64,000 bases of DNA, from the NCBI GenBank assembly GCA_964016885.1, contig OZ024743.1:33294001-33358000 (forward strand). The letters run 5' to 3'. This stretch comes from Eledone cirrhosa. Its lineage: Eukaryota. The notes under the pieces are model-generated. The model saw nothing but the letters and a program-made list of their open reading frames with translations. It did no database searches and was not told the DNA's origin. The position numbers were made by a program, and so were the translations under genes. Positions 13,013-25,810 of the stretch are shown piece by piece (the first letter of the stretch is position 1; each line of letters begins with the position of its first letter).

Positions 13013-16000
13013 TTAAATATATTACACTTCTGTGTCTTCACTTTGACTGAAAAATGAAAAAGATGACAGAAAATTTACAGTGCATACCAATACAGGTTGA
13101 GTTAGCTTCCTATGAAGTTGCATTTCAGAGGAAGTTTCTCAGGTATTATAATAATATGGCCCCCAGTCTTATCATTAAAAACAACATTGATTGAAGCATC
13201 TTGCTCAAGAATATAATGCATCACCTGATCTTAGAATCAAACCTGTGACCATATGTTCATCAGTCCAATGTTTTAACCACTAGGCCACAAACCTTCATGT
13301 TTTCTTATTTACCCCTTTTAATTTGCATAATATGTTCCATCCTCACTTGTTAGATGTAATTTCCTACAAGGAGAAAACTGTAGATAAAACATTTGGTAGA
13401 AATATTCAGATTACCAAAGAGTTTTCTACTGATGTTAAAATGTAAAATGAATGTTCTATTTTCCTAATGCAGCATATATATCTATTCCTGGCACAGCTTA
13501 TTATTACATTATTATAGTTTACCAAGGAGGATAGAGTATAATGGCTCCCCATTTGCCTTCTCTGGGGAGCATAAAATCCAAAATCTTTAAAGGTAGAGAT
13601 AATGGGAATCTTAATATTTATGAAATAACTGTTACTGAGATTAAAAATGAGATTTGAAATTCAGCTCACTATTCATTATTCTTTGCTACTCTTCACCAAA
13701 AATGATGTTAAACAAAAATATATATTACCATTTATTCGGGTATGCCATAACTTTAATGTATCTAAACATCAAAATATTGGATTTCTTTTCAGTTAGCACA
13801 GGTGCACATTTTTATAGGATTTAAGTATAATCATTTGAATATATTTTAATCAATACTTATTTTAATAAATCCTGCTCAGATGAAGGGGAGTTTGTCTGTA
13901 TTTTATTCATCTCAGGTCAATAAATTAAGTACCAGTCATATATTGGGTGAATTCAGTCAGTTATACATCACCATTTAACATCCAATTTCCCTAATAGCAA
14001 GGGTTGGATGGGTTTTCACAGAGTCAGTACTGAAGTGGGTTGCTGACCTCCCTGACAGGCTAGGGGCTGGAGTTCATGTCTCACTTACATACTGTTCCAC
14101 ATTCTACTGAATACATTTTGTCAAATTTGCCTTTCGTCGCTTTTTGTCTCCATAAAGGAAGAACCAACCCATGGGCTGTAAATTAGCAGAACTGTTGAAG
14201 AGTCAAGCAGGATGCTTTGTAGTATATTTTCCAGTTCAAATCTCACCTCCTATCACTGATAAAATGGTGACACTTTTACCACGATTGCAACCAAATTATA
14301 CTATAACCAAATTATACTATACCAATAGAAACGTTGTTTCCTTAGTCTGATCTGATGATCAGTTCCTTCCTTTTTTGTAATATACTTATAACATTAAAAA
14401 TAACATTTTAATTAGATTCACTAATATATTTTTCTCTAGTTATGAGCCCTAAGTTGTCATTCATATCTATGTATAAATTTCAGCGATTTCTGTCTGTCCG
14501 TCCGTCACACAATGTGTATGTGTTTGTGTGAAGGTATGTCTGTGTAAAAGGAAGGAAGGGGATGGTGAAAAACTATTTCAGAAGTGGCCTGTCTTCCATT
14601 TGCTATGCTGTGTGTGAGTGTATGTGTGTGTTTGTGTAAATGTATGGTTGTGTGTTTGTGTGAATGAAAGTGTGTGTTTGTGTGAATGAAAGTGTGTGTT
14701 TGTGTGAATGTAAGTATATTTGTGTGAATGTATGTCTGTGAGTGTGTATTTTTGTAAGTGTGTCTGTGCACATATATATTCATATACTCATACATATACA
14801 TGTATGCATATGCACATACAGACATGCACACACATATATACATATGTGTCAGCATGTTGAAAAAGACCCTAGTACACTAAAATTACATATCCAGCAGAGC
14901 ATACTCATTCCATTTATTACTAATCTTTGCAAATCCTTCATATTCAAGACCCTGGTCTTTCTACTATGCCATATAACACTTCATAAACAAACTTCATACA
15001 ACATGATCTTCACTCTGAGATACATAAAATAATGCAAATAGTAACATTCAACAGTGTAATACAATGCCTATGGCATGTTTTAAAACCACTTAGTCAAATT
15101 AGAAAATCTACCAGAATACATGGAACCAATAAATATTTTATTATTCTTATCTTATTCTTTAAATTTCTTCAGAATTTTAACATTTAACGACTAAAGTGTT
15201 CAACTGAGTATCAGAAAAAAATGAAACTGCTGTGGATATGTTGTTATATGAATTTTCTATCATTATTGTTTCTGTTACCATGGTTGTCATCACCATTCAT
15301 TTTCCTAACAATACCATAATTTGGAGTCACGACCTCATCATGATTAAATGAACATTAGCAGAGGTGATTCAATTATTTTGGTTCCCAAATAAACATTGTT
15401 TCATTGTGTGACAGTTTTCTTTCTTACTCTGGAAGTTTTCATTTTGTGCTGTGAGTTTAGAAATGATATAAATCTTTATTCCATGCGGCAGTATATTTTT
15501 AGTGATACTGATCTATTTCTGCCACATGCTGCTTGTTTGTAATAAAGAATTATTTCTTGTGTCAACTTTTTTCTTACATATGATAAAGACGTTTTGTCTT
15601 GAACAAGTTGGTTCCATAGTTTCTATTGTCACTTTTGTTGTAAATTTTTATGTAAATTTCTATTTCTGCTTAAGATTATTGCATTTTCTCATATCATTAT
15701 TCTAATACTTGAAGGCCAATGTTGATTATTATATCGTTTATTGTATCATTTATTATTTAATATCTTTTAAGCAACAGTTACCATTTATTGTTACATGTCT
15801 TTTAAGATAATATGACGGTCTATTTTAGAATAACATTTTGATCCATTTCTTAATTATGCATTTGTGCTAAATTCAAAATGAATACTTAATTTTACATTAA
15901 AAACTACAAAAACAAAATAAATTTTATAGAAATGAAAGTATATTTCATATATATTTTTTTTTTTTAGATATGTATTTCCCCAGATTGTAATGAGAGGTTA

Positions 16001-16376
16001 TGAAAAAATGAATTTAATATTTTATGATAAAATCTTTTAAAATAAGAATAACATTTTATGTCATGTACACATCCTCCTGTTGATGAAATGTGTCAAAGGA
16101 CATCATCACTGTTGACATTATTAGTTTTATATCTTTTGAAGAAATAAAATGTATTTTTTTTTTATTAAAGATGATTGTATTTTGTCAGTAGACATGAAAT
16201 AGCATAGTGTAGCTTATCAATTTGTCTCCTACGAGTTGATTATGTGTGTCATTATCATCATCATCATCGTTTAACGTCCATCTTCCACCCTTGCATGGGT
16301 TTGGACGGGAATTTTCCCACTTGAGGCAAGATTGATTGACTTGCTTGTATAGGACTGTCTGGCAGGTTTTCTACGG

Positions 16377-16408
<32 letters not shown>

Positions 16409-16606
16409 TTACTGTAGGTTTACTAGAGTGAGCATTTGCTGCATAGTTTCAAGTAAGTATAGAGGTTTAGTACTAAGCAGAGTGTAATAATAATAATAAT
16501 ATTAGGACGATTTATTATGTTTTCATTACATTTATTGAGTAGTGACGCGCATTTCGCTATTGATCAGCTCAAGGTTCGATCTGTATCAATTTATATCGAT
16601 CTAGTC

Positions 16607-16905
16607 GGGTTGTGAGTTCGATTCCTTGACCAGGTGGTGTATTGTGTCCTTGATGATGACACTTTATTTTACCATGTTCCACTTCACTCAGCTGTAGAAA
16701 TGAGTTGCAACAACACTGGTGTCAAGCTGTGTCAGCCTTTGCTTTCCCTTGACCAACATCGTTGGCATTGAGAGGGGAGACTGGTATGCATGGGCAACTG
16801 CTGGTCTTCCACAAACAACCTTGCCCAGACAGTGACTCAGTGGGCAATTTTCTAGGGGCAAATCCCATGGTCATTTGTGACTGAAGGGGGACTTTATCCT
16901 TTATA
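16607..16905 (+). mobile_element. Different tRNA-derived SINE-like repeat
   Basis: B box GAGTTCGATTCC followed by GTGTCCTTGA..GACACTTTA..CACTCAGCTG; related remnant near 33890-33985. Confidence 0.5.
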
Positions 16906-17323
16906 TACATACATAGATGCAGAAATAATTGTGTTAAGGAGGTTGTTTTGCAATCATGGGATTTCAGGTTCACTCCAGCTGTGTGGCCATTTGGGTAAAT
17001 GTCTGATACTCAGTTGACCAATAGTTTGTGAATATAGAATATGGTAGCAGAAATGCTAGAACCCATTATATATATTATCCATGACATCATGGCTAATTAT
17101 CGATGATGTCTATTGGAGGTATCTTTATCTTTACACTGCTAAATGTACCTTCATTTTTCTAACTAAATTTACAACAGCATGGAAAATGGACGTAAAATGG
17201 TGATGATGAATATGAGATTTTAATGATTCTATTTTATTATTCTATTCGAAATATTACTATTATAATTATTTGGTAACATTTTTCTAATATTTTCTTTTCT
17301 ATTTCTTTTTTTTTCTTTTATAG

Positions 17324-18575
17324 CAGAGGCCACAGGCAAAGTTCTCATCAGTTTCCTCCCCAAATTCACCTGTCGCTCAGTCAAGGCGGGTAATATCATC
17401 TCCACTGACCCTGGCCTCCGATGTTAATGCACAAGGCTATGCTTCTGATTCTGATGTTGTGGACTCACATGACTCCCAGTGCTGCCCTCCTTCCTCCGAC
17501 GTAGGTGTTCTCAATGAGGCTGCGACCATGCCCAGGATGAAGCACCGCGAGGTGCATGATTCACGTTCACTTCATCGGCCTGCACTATCTAAGCCTGCGT
17601 CCGATGTGTCAGTTTATGATAATGTATCATCATCTCCTGCCCGTCGGTCATTGGCTGAAACTGATAGTGCATCCCACACAATGCGACGATCTGATTCGCC
17701 AGCCTCCATGTCCAAACTCACTGAAAGCACGGCAAATGAAGAAAGCAAGGAACGACCCAATTTGGTTACTCTTTCGGAATCCCCAAAGAAAGGGAGTATT
17801 CATTCTGAACCAGAGACTCCGGAAACATGCACGACTTTTGGACGGGATTTAGCTTGCTCGCCAAAAGATAATAAAATGGTGGAAACAGTCAAGATGGAAA
17901 CGGCGTTTGTCGGGGATATTTTCAAAAATCAATCTCCTACTTCCAGCTCCAGAGGGGGTGCGGGGTATTCGGCCCCTGCAGCTACTAGTTCTGCTGCAAG
18001 GGCTTCAGCTCCAGCGTCTGGTGGAAAAGGACATGGACGTACCCACCCATCTACGTCCGAATCCCCAGAGTCGGAGTGGCCATCCCCACCTGAGCCTCTG
18101 ACCCCGCAGACGCCTAACGTCCCCTTTGACAATATAGACTTTGACAGTGATTCGCTGAGGCGGATGCTTCGATCACTTCCAGTGTCCCCTATCGAAAAGG
18201 AAGACAACGATCAAGGGTTCCATGAAGATCCCTATATAGATAGTAGAGGACAAACACACCACCGACGTTATCCTTCGGTGTCAAGAACAAAGAGTCTTAA
18301 CAGTTATGATCGGGGTGGTTCTTCAAAGCCATCGGTGCCGCACCAACCATATTCTGTTGGGTACCCTTGCAGAGATGACTCATTTGTATCAATGCTCAAG
18401 AACACAGATCTGCCAAAATCCAAACAGGCAAAAATGCTTGTGGAATACGAACTTCATTTACGAAACAAGTGTGCCCGTGACAGTTATCCAGATAGTGGTA
18501 TTGGAGGGGTTGCATCAGAAACTACTGGTTCATTATGGTCAGGGGATAGCAGCAAATCAGCTGGAGCAAGCAAAG
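17324..18575 (+). CDS. Large internal coding exon (about 417 codons) of an unidentified host gene; Ser/Pro-rich, probably disordered signalling/scaffold region
   Basis: Long polypyrimidine tract ending TAG|CAG at 17321-17326. The frame is open from 17324 (QRPQAKFSSVSSPNSP...) into the listed 386-aa ORF. Donor AAG|GTAAGG at 18575/18576. Clearly more GC- and CpG-rich than its flanks, with no transposon motifs. Phase 0 start, phase 1 end; the ORF-track start and stop are artefacts. Confidence 0.88.
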
Positions 18576-19056
18576 GTAAGGAATTGCTTATATTTTCTGT
18601 TTACAATACAAAGGATTAGCAAAAGAAAGACATGTTGTTTTTGTTTTACAAAAGACTTAACTAGTTTAATTTTCATTTACTTCAAGTTTAGAGCAATCTT
18701 ATCTGACAGAAATTCCAGTATATTTCTAATTATTAATTTATAAATTAATATGATTATTGATTTATTGATTTATGGATTTATGGAGTCAATAAATTGTATT
18801 AATTGCAGTTTTTAATTTTTCTCAATATTTTACTGATACATATATGTGTGTGTGTGTGTGTGTGTGTGTACATACATATATATATATTCTCATTCTGTCA
18901 TTACCATAACAGAAGTCCGATAAGCTTTTGATTCAACAGTTGGGCCCAATTGTTACAGATCGAAACTTGGCGAAATGCGTGCCACACCTCAATAATTGTA
19001 ATGAAACACCTCATCCATATTATTATTTTATATATATATATATATACATGTAGATA

Positions 19057-20167
19057 CAAGTAGGAGTACATCAGGGTTCGGTCCTCAGCCCGCTCTTGTT
19101 CATTATAGTCCTCCAAGCCATAACAGAGGAGTTTAAGACTGGCTGTCCATGGGAACTTCTCTATGCTGACGATCTGGCTCTTATGGCAGAATCAGTAGAG
19201 GAGCTAGAGAATAAATTCCGGCTATGGAAACAGCAGTTGGAAGCAAGAGGACTGAGAGTAAATCTAGCTAAGACAAAAGTGTTGATGAGTAGAAAAGAGG
19301 ACAAAACCCTGATTCCGTCAGGGAAATGGCCATGTTCGATATGCAGAAAAGGAACTGGCATAAATTCTATAAAATGCACACAATGTAGGTCCTGGGTACA
19401 CAAGAGATGTAGCGGGATAGCAGGCAAACTAACAGGTAGGGAGAACTATGTATGCAGTAGATGTACAGGGAAATTAGACAGTAGAAGTCGCACTGATAGA
19501 CACATTTTTCAAATGCGAGAGGGCGCTATAGAAGTGGTGGATAGCTTCCGGTACCTAGGAGATCAGATTAGCATGGGAGGAGGGTGTTCCGAGGCCATAG
19601 TATCTAGAATAAGGACGGGTTGGAAGAAGTTTAGGGAGCTGCTTCCTCTGTTGACGAAGAAGGGTTTCTCCCTGCGTACGAAAGGCCGGTTGTATGATGC
19701 CTGTGTGAGGAGCGCGATGCTGCATGGTAGTGAGACATGGGCAGCTACCGCAGAAGATATGCGACAGCTGGAGAGAAATGAGGCAAGCATGCTCCGTTGG
19801 ATGTGCAGTGTAAATGTGCGTGAACGACCCAGCATAAATGTGTTGAGAGAGAAACTGTGTCTGAGAGGGATAGAATGTAGTGTACGGGAGAGGAGACTGA
19901 GGTGGTATGGACATGTGATGCGCATGGAGGATGACCGATGGGTGAAGAAGTGCCAGGAAATGCCAGTTGAAGGAAGACGTGGTAGAGGTAGACCACGAAA
20001 AACATGGGCGGAGGTGGTGAGAACAGACCTCAGATCATTGAAGCTCACGGTGGAGATGACGAGGGACCGTGACGAGTGGAGAGATGCTGTGCTGAATAAG
20101 ACCCGTCCCACCCTTACAAGCAGGGAAAAGCGGACGTAAAATGATGATGATGATGATGATGATGATG
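19057..20167 (+). mobile_element. 5'-truncated RTE-clade LINE (RT C-terminal half, uninterrupted frame) with (GAT)n tail
   Basis: QVGVHQGSVLSPLLF, LLYADD, VNLAKTK, FRYLG, LHGSETW, RRLRWYGHVMR, RGRGRPRKTW. Stop at 20139 lies inside the GGACGTAAAA terminal motif, followed by (GAT)n. Confidence 0.95.
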
Positions 20168-20319
20168 TGTATATATATATATATATTTAGAGAGAGAATA
20201 TATGCACATATGTATATATGTATGAATATGTTTGTATATATTTGTGCATGTGTGTGTGTGTGTGTATATATATATATGCAAGCGTGGAATATGGACGTTA
20301 AACGATGATGATGATATAT

Positions 20320-20510
20320 CGGTGTATTATTGACAGACCTGATAAAAAGTACTCAACACCGAAGTAGAGTTTAAATATTCATTTAATACAGCTAAGAAGC
20401 AAACCTTGTTACTCTGGAGTTTCACCTGCACAATCAATGATCCTATGAGTGCGCAGGTGAAAGTCTAGAGTAACAAGGCTCACTACTTAGCCATACTCAA
20501 TGAAAATATA
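20320..20510. repeat. Family C element as an inverted pair of partial hammerheads
   Basis: Arms 20404-20431 and 20451-20478 are near-complementary; each reads CAGGT-GAAA-(C/G)TC-nn-GAG-TA-ACAAGG outward. Confidence 0.65.
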
Positions 20511-20553
20511 AATATATACATATATATATGTATATAAAAATATATATATATAA

Positions 20554-20622
<69 letters not shown>

Positions 20623-20624
20623 AA

Positions 20625-20688
<64 letters not shown>

Positions 20689-20714
20689 AATATATAATGT
20701 ATAATAAACAATAC

Positions 20715-20797
20715 AATATAATTCCCTCATTAACAGAGGTTTCACGAATAAGACAAATACAAGAAATGTCCTCATTCGTTCGTCGGACAAGGCAATT
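20715..20797 (-). ncRNA. Hammerhead motif (family B), decayed
   Basis: CCGACGA 20786-20780, ACGAAUGAGGAC/GUCUUAUUCGU, GAAA, CCUC/GAGG; the cleavage triplet reads GGA. Confidence 0.55.
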
Positions 20798-21538
20798 TAA
20801 AACATAGTGAAATATTTGAACAATCGCCTCAAGAAAGGCAAAAGTTTAACGGGCAAAAAAATATATAAATAAAAGCAATGCAAGAGATATATAAAAATAA
20901 AATAAGGAAATATAGTTAGGTTTGTAAATGTGTGTATATTCACTCACAAATGTACATGTGTGTATGTACAAATGCATGTGTATAGTGAAAAAATGTGTGC
21001 GTAAGTACATATATGAGGGCAAGCATATCAGTATATGTGTGACCACAAATACGTATATAATATATGTTGAAAAAGAAATTGTAAGATAATAGAGTTAACG
21101 TCCATCCAGACTCAGGTACTAAGGATTGAAATATATACACATAGAAGTATGAAAGCACGCGTATAAACACACACGCTCGCAACCACATACATGCGAGTGA
21201 TATATACAGGGAAGGGAGTGAATCAGTCAAAGCAGTGTCAGGCTGAAGGTCGATATATATATAATGAAAAAATATATGAGAATAAAAAAATTAAACCAAA
21301 GAGAAAGTAAGAGTGAAGGGTTATCAATTATAAAGTAACACGAGAAAAAATAGAAAACAAACATACATATAAAAATATATATATAATATGTACAGAAAAA
21401 GCACATACATGCGTACATACATACAAAGGTGCGCATACATACACATGAAGCACATATATATATACATACATGTACATCTAATCACACGCACGCATGCGAC
21501 TATATATATACATACACACATACATACACATACATATA

Positions 21539-21570
<32 letters not shown>

Positions 21571-21740
21571 CCACACTGTAAATGTGGTTGGTGTTAGGAA
21601 GGGCATCCAACTGTAGAAAACCCGCCAGACAGTCCTATGCGAGCAAGACAACCACTCTTGCCTCAAGTGGGAAAACCCCCGTCCAAACCCATGCAAGCGT
21701 GGAACACGGACGCTAAACCTGATGATGATGATGATGATGA
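21571..21740 (+). mobile_element. Short RTE-tail element/SINE 3' end
   Basis: AGGAAGGGCATCCAACTGTAGAAA..GGACGCTAAAC(GAT)n; similar to 16255-16378 (minus strand). Confidence 0.7.
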
Positions 21741-21785
21741 TATATATATATATACACACATACATATACATATACACACACACAC

Positions 21786-24700
21786 TAGTCCTGAATAAAA
21801 CAATTACCACAATAATATCAGCTTACGCACCCCAATCGGGGTTGCCAGACAAACTTAAGGATAGGTTTTACGAGTCCCTAATGCACACTACTGCTCTAAC
21901 AAACGACAATGACTTCCTAATCATCGCAGGAGATTTTAACGGACATGTACGTAAACGCTGCGACGGCTTCAATAGAGTCCATGGAGGCCATGGGGTTGGC
22001 ACAAGAAATGAGCAAGGATTCAGAATTCTAGAATTCTGCGACGCCAATGACATGTCGATATGTAACACAAACTTCAAAAAACACGACAACCACCTGATCA
22101 CCTATAGATCAGGAGAGCATTCTAGTCAGATAGATTTTATCCTCATCAGAGGACGTGACAGATAGACGGTCGTAAACACAAAAGCCTTCCCTAGTGAGGA
22201 ATGTACATCCCAACATAGCTTAGTTGTCAGCGACCTCACAGTCAGAACTAGGCCAACCTGGAGAAGAAAGATCTGGAAGCTGAAAGACCCCTCAACCAGT
22301 AACAGATTTAGAGATATTTTACTCAATGCCTACGACAGTAAAGAAGAACAGGTAGAGACATTCAATGTAGAAGAGCACTGGGAGTTCCTAAAAAATAACT
22401 TACTAGAGGCGACGGATGAGGTCTGTGGCTGGAGTAAGACCACAATCAGGAGGAGAGTGACTTGGTGGTGGAACAATAAGGTAGATGAGGCAGTTAAGGC
22501 CAAGAGACAGGCATGGAAAGAATGGAAGAACGGGGGGAGCAGGGTACATTACATAGAGACCAAGAGGGAAGCTAGGCGACAAGTATACTTAGCTAGGAGG
22601 GAAGCAGAGGATAGAAAATTCAAGCATGTTTTGCAACGTGAGGACCAGAAACAGGAGGTGTTCAAGATTGCGAGGCAGTGTGTCAGAGAGAATTGTGATG
22701 TCATTGGAGAGAAGTGTATCCGGAATGATAAAGGTGAGCTTGCCCTCACAAGTGCTGAGAAGAAAGATGCATGGAAGAGTCATTATGATAGATTACTAAA
22801 TGAGAAGAATGCATGGGAAGAAGAGACCCTACCCCAAGTAGACCCTATAGAGGGACCAGCAGTACAAGTCAGCAGCAACGTAGTAAGTAAGGCAATCAAA
22901 GATATGAAGATGGGGAAGGCAACCAGTCCATCGGGTATAGCTGCCGAGATGCTGAAGGCATCTGGGTCTGTAGGTCACACTATAACCACACGTATTGTTA
23001 ACCAGGTAATACTAGAAGGTGTCATACCAAAAGATTGGTGCAGTAGCATCATTGTCAACTGCTACAAAGGTAAAGGTGATACACTCGATAGAGGAAACTA
23101 TAGAGGTATAAAGCTGATGGACCAGGTCATGAAAGTAACAGAAAGAGTTATAGCACAGTTGATTAGGGACCGGGTGAAACTAGATGCAATTTGGGTTTGT
23201 ACCAGGAAGAGGCACCACTGATGCCCTCTTCCTTGTGAGGCAGTTACAGGAAAAGTACCTAGCTAAAAGTAAGCCATTCTACCTGGCATTCGTCGATCTT
23301 GAGAAAGCCTTTGACAGAGTTCCACGTGCTGTAATCTAGTGGGCTCTTAGAAAACTAGGATTAGATGAATGGCTTGTGAAAGCTGTACAAGCCATGTATA
23401 GGGGAGCAGTCAGCGAAGTTAGGATTAGCAATGAGTATAGCGAGGAATTTAGCGTACAGGCTGGGGTCCACCAGGGCTCTGTTCTTAGCCCTCTCCTGTT
23501 CATCATAGTCCTGCAGGCAATAACGGAGGAGTTTAAGACCGGATGCCCATGGGAACTCCTGTATGCTGATGACCTCGCACTTATAGCTGAATCTATGGTA
23601 GAACTAGAGAAGAAATTCCAAACTTGGAAGCAAGGACTAGAAAGAAAGGGTCTCAAAGTCAACATGACAAAGATTAAGGTCCTTGTAAGTAGACGAGAAA
23701 ACAGAACCCAGATCCCCTCAGGGAAATGGCATTGCTCAGTATGTAGGAAAGGTGTAGGTAGGAACTCCATTCTCTGCCCCAAATGCAAACAATGGGTACA
23801 CAAGAGATGTAGCAGGATCTCAGGAAGCTTAATTAAGAATGTAGGCTTCACATGCAGCAGCTGTGCTGGGACAGCAAGCAGCAAACAGCCACAGGAAACA
23901 AGTACCACCAATCTTTGGGAGGGCTCTGTAGAAACAGTAGACAGCTTCTGCTACCTAGGTGACCGAATTAGCAGCGGAGGTGGGTGTTCAGAAAGTACAA
24001 TAACTAGGGTAAGAACGGGATGGAAGAAGTTTAGGGAACTACTACCACTGCTAGCTGCAAAAGGCTTCTCCCTCAAAATGAAAGGCAGACTGTATGATGC
24101 GTGTATCCGAACAGCGATATTGCATGGTAGTGAGACCTGGGCGCAGAACGTGGAAGACTTACGTAGATTAGAGAGAAACGAAGCCTGCATGCTCCGATGG
24201 ATGTGTAATAGTAATATACGCGACCGACAAAGCATAAATGAATTGAGAGAGAGACTGAGCATAAGAGGAATCAAATGGTGTGTGCAGGAGAGACGGTTGC
24301 GTTGGTATGGACATGTGATGCGTATGAAGGATGACAGCTGCATAAAAAGGTGCAGAGCACTAGAAGTCGATGGAAACCGCGGAGTGGGGAGACCCAAGAT
24401 GACCTGGGATGAGGTGATAAAAGCCAACCTTACCCAATTACACCTCTCAAAGGCGATGACACACGACCGTGACCTCTGGCGTCATGCAGTAATACAGAGT
24501 ACCCGACCTCCCATGGGTACAAGCTGAAGCATATAGACAATATGCCCCCCCCCCCCCACTGCAAGATGGTCGTGGAGGTGCCACGGCAAAAAAGCACCCA
24601 GCCCACACTGTAAAGTGGACGTGTAGGCGCCACGAAAAAGCACCCAGCACTCACTGTAAATGAGGTTGGTGTTAGGAAGGGCATCCAGCTGTAGAAATCA

Positions 24701-24829
24701 AGCCAAATCAGTTCCTGTATGAGCAAGGCATGGTCAGCCGACCAGACACTGCCCACAACAGGACAACCCGTCTAACCCATGCTAGCGTGGAAGAACGGAC
24801 GTAAAACAGTGATGATGATGATGATGATG
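21786..24829 (+). mobile_element. Near-full-length decayed RTE-clade LINE (APE endonuclease + RT + 3' UTR + (GAT)n tail)
   Basis: Endonuclease motifs SAYAPQ, GDFNGH, SQIDFIL; then WWWN, KGKGD..NYRGI, FVDLEKAFD, HQGSVLSP, YADD. Stops at 22163 and 23337 and a frameshift near 23190. 3' UTR ends GGACGTAAAAC..(GAT)n. Confidence 0.95.
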
Positions 24830-25299
24830 ACATATATATAAGTATGTAAAAAACATAGATATAAAAACACACATACACACACACACGCACATACGAATGC
24901 ATTCGTATACATTTACAAACACGCATACACACACATGCATGCTTACACGCATAGATACAATATAAAAACTAGCCGTATGAATAAATGAGTACAAATTATC
25001 TGCAAGTAAACATACATAAAAGCGGCTGAGAGACAACAGAATATATCTAGAGTTGAAAACGCAAGTGACAAGTGATATCAGGTAGTGAAAGAAATTGGGG
25101 AAGTAAAATATGTAAAATTGTGAAGATATAAAGTAAGTGAATCAAAAAGCAGGGGGGGGGGGCTTCACTGGTGGATGTGAAGTAAAAATAAAGTTAAAAA
25201 TAAAAATAAAAGTAAATCAGAAAGAGAAGTCTGTAAAGAGGGTAATTTAAGGAAAGTGAAGAACAAGAGTTTATGGAGGATAAGTATCTGAAAGTGAGT

Positions 25300-25650
25300 T
25301 AAGTTTATATGAGCTGGAAAGCAAGTGTGATTTTATGTGTGGGCAACTGGTGAAAATTTCTGTTTTTGCATTTAGGCAGGTTTTTGTGATTTATGGTTCT
25401 GTAAAATCCAATATTTTTCACGTATGCAGAGTGCGCATCTTTTTGTTCCTCTTGCATATTCTTTAGATTGGTTCAAAATTGACCAATCTAATTTATATTA
25501 GATACCTTGGTCTTTCAAATCCCATATTCTGCTAGCCAGAGCCGTTGTAAATCTTTTTTCAGGATGTCAGAAAGATGCGACATGTGAGTAATAACGCGTT
25601 TTGAATTTGTCTTGTGTCATACCCACATATCGTTCGCTGGTGGGTGGTTT
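25300..25650 (-). pseudogene. Decayed GIY-YIG endonuclease C-terminus of a Penelope-like element
   Basis: Manual translation: ERYVGMTQDKFKTRYYSHVASF*HPEKRFTTALASRIWDLKDQGI*YKLDWSILNQSKEYARGTKRCALCIREKYWILQNHKSQK / TCLNAKTEIFTSCPH. Two stops and one frameshift, so absent from the ORF track. Confidence 0.85.
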
Positions 25651-25724
25651 TATTTCTATATTTTTTTGCCCGTTAAACTTTTGCCTTTCTTGAGGAGATT
25701 TTTCAAATATTTCACTATGTTTTA

Positions 25725-25810
25725 AATTGCCTTGTCCGACGAACGAATGAGGACGTTTCTTGTATTCGTCTTATTCGGGAAACCTCTGGTAATGAGGTAA
25801 TTATATTGTA
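25725..25810 (+). ncRNA. Hammerhead motif (family B), U4C core variant
   Basis: CCGACGA 25736-25742, stem II CGAAUGAGGACG/CGUCUUAUUCG, GAAA 25779-25782, CCUC/GAGG, GUA 25797-25799. Confidence 0.65.

Noticed and set aside
18480-18520. DSGIGGVAS as a beta-TrCP degron
   Set aside because: Spacing does not fit canonical DSGxxS; not supportable without conservation data.
17324-18575. Assigning a DLC/STARD13 gene symbol
   Set aside because: Only short motifs match; no SAM, RhoGAP or START exon was seen in the window.
19161-24427. Minus-strand ORFs overlapping the RTEs
   Set aside because: Antisense shadows of the LINE coding frames.
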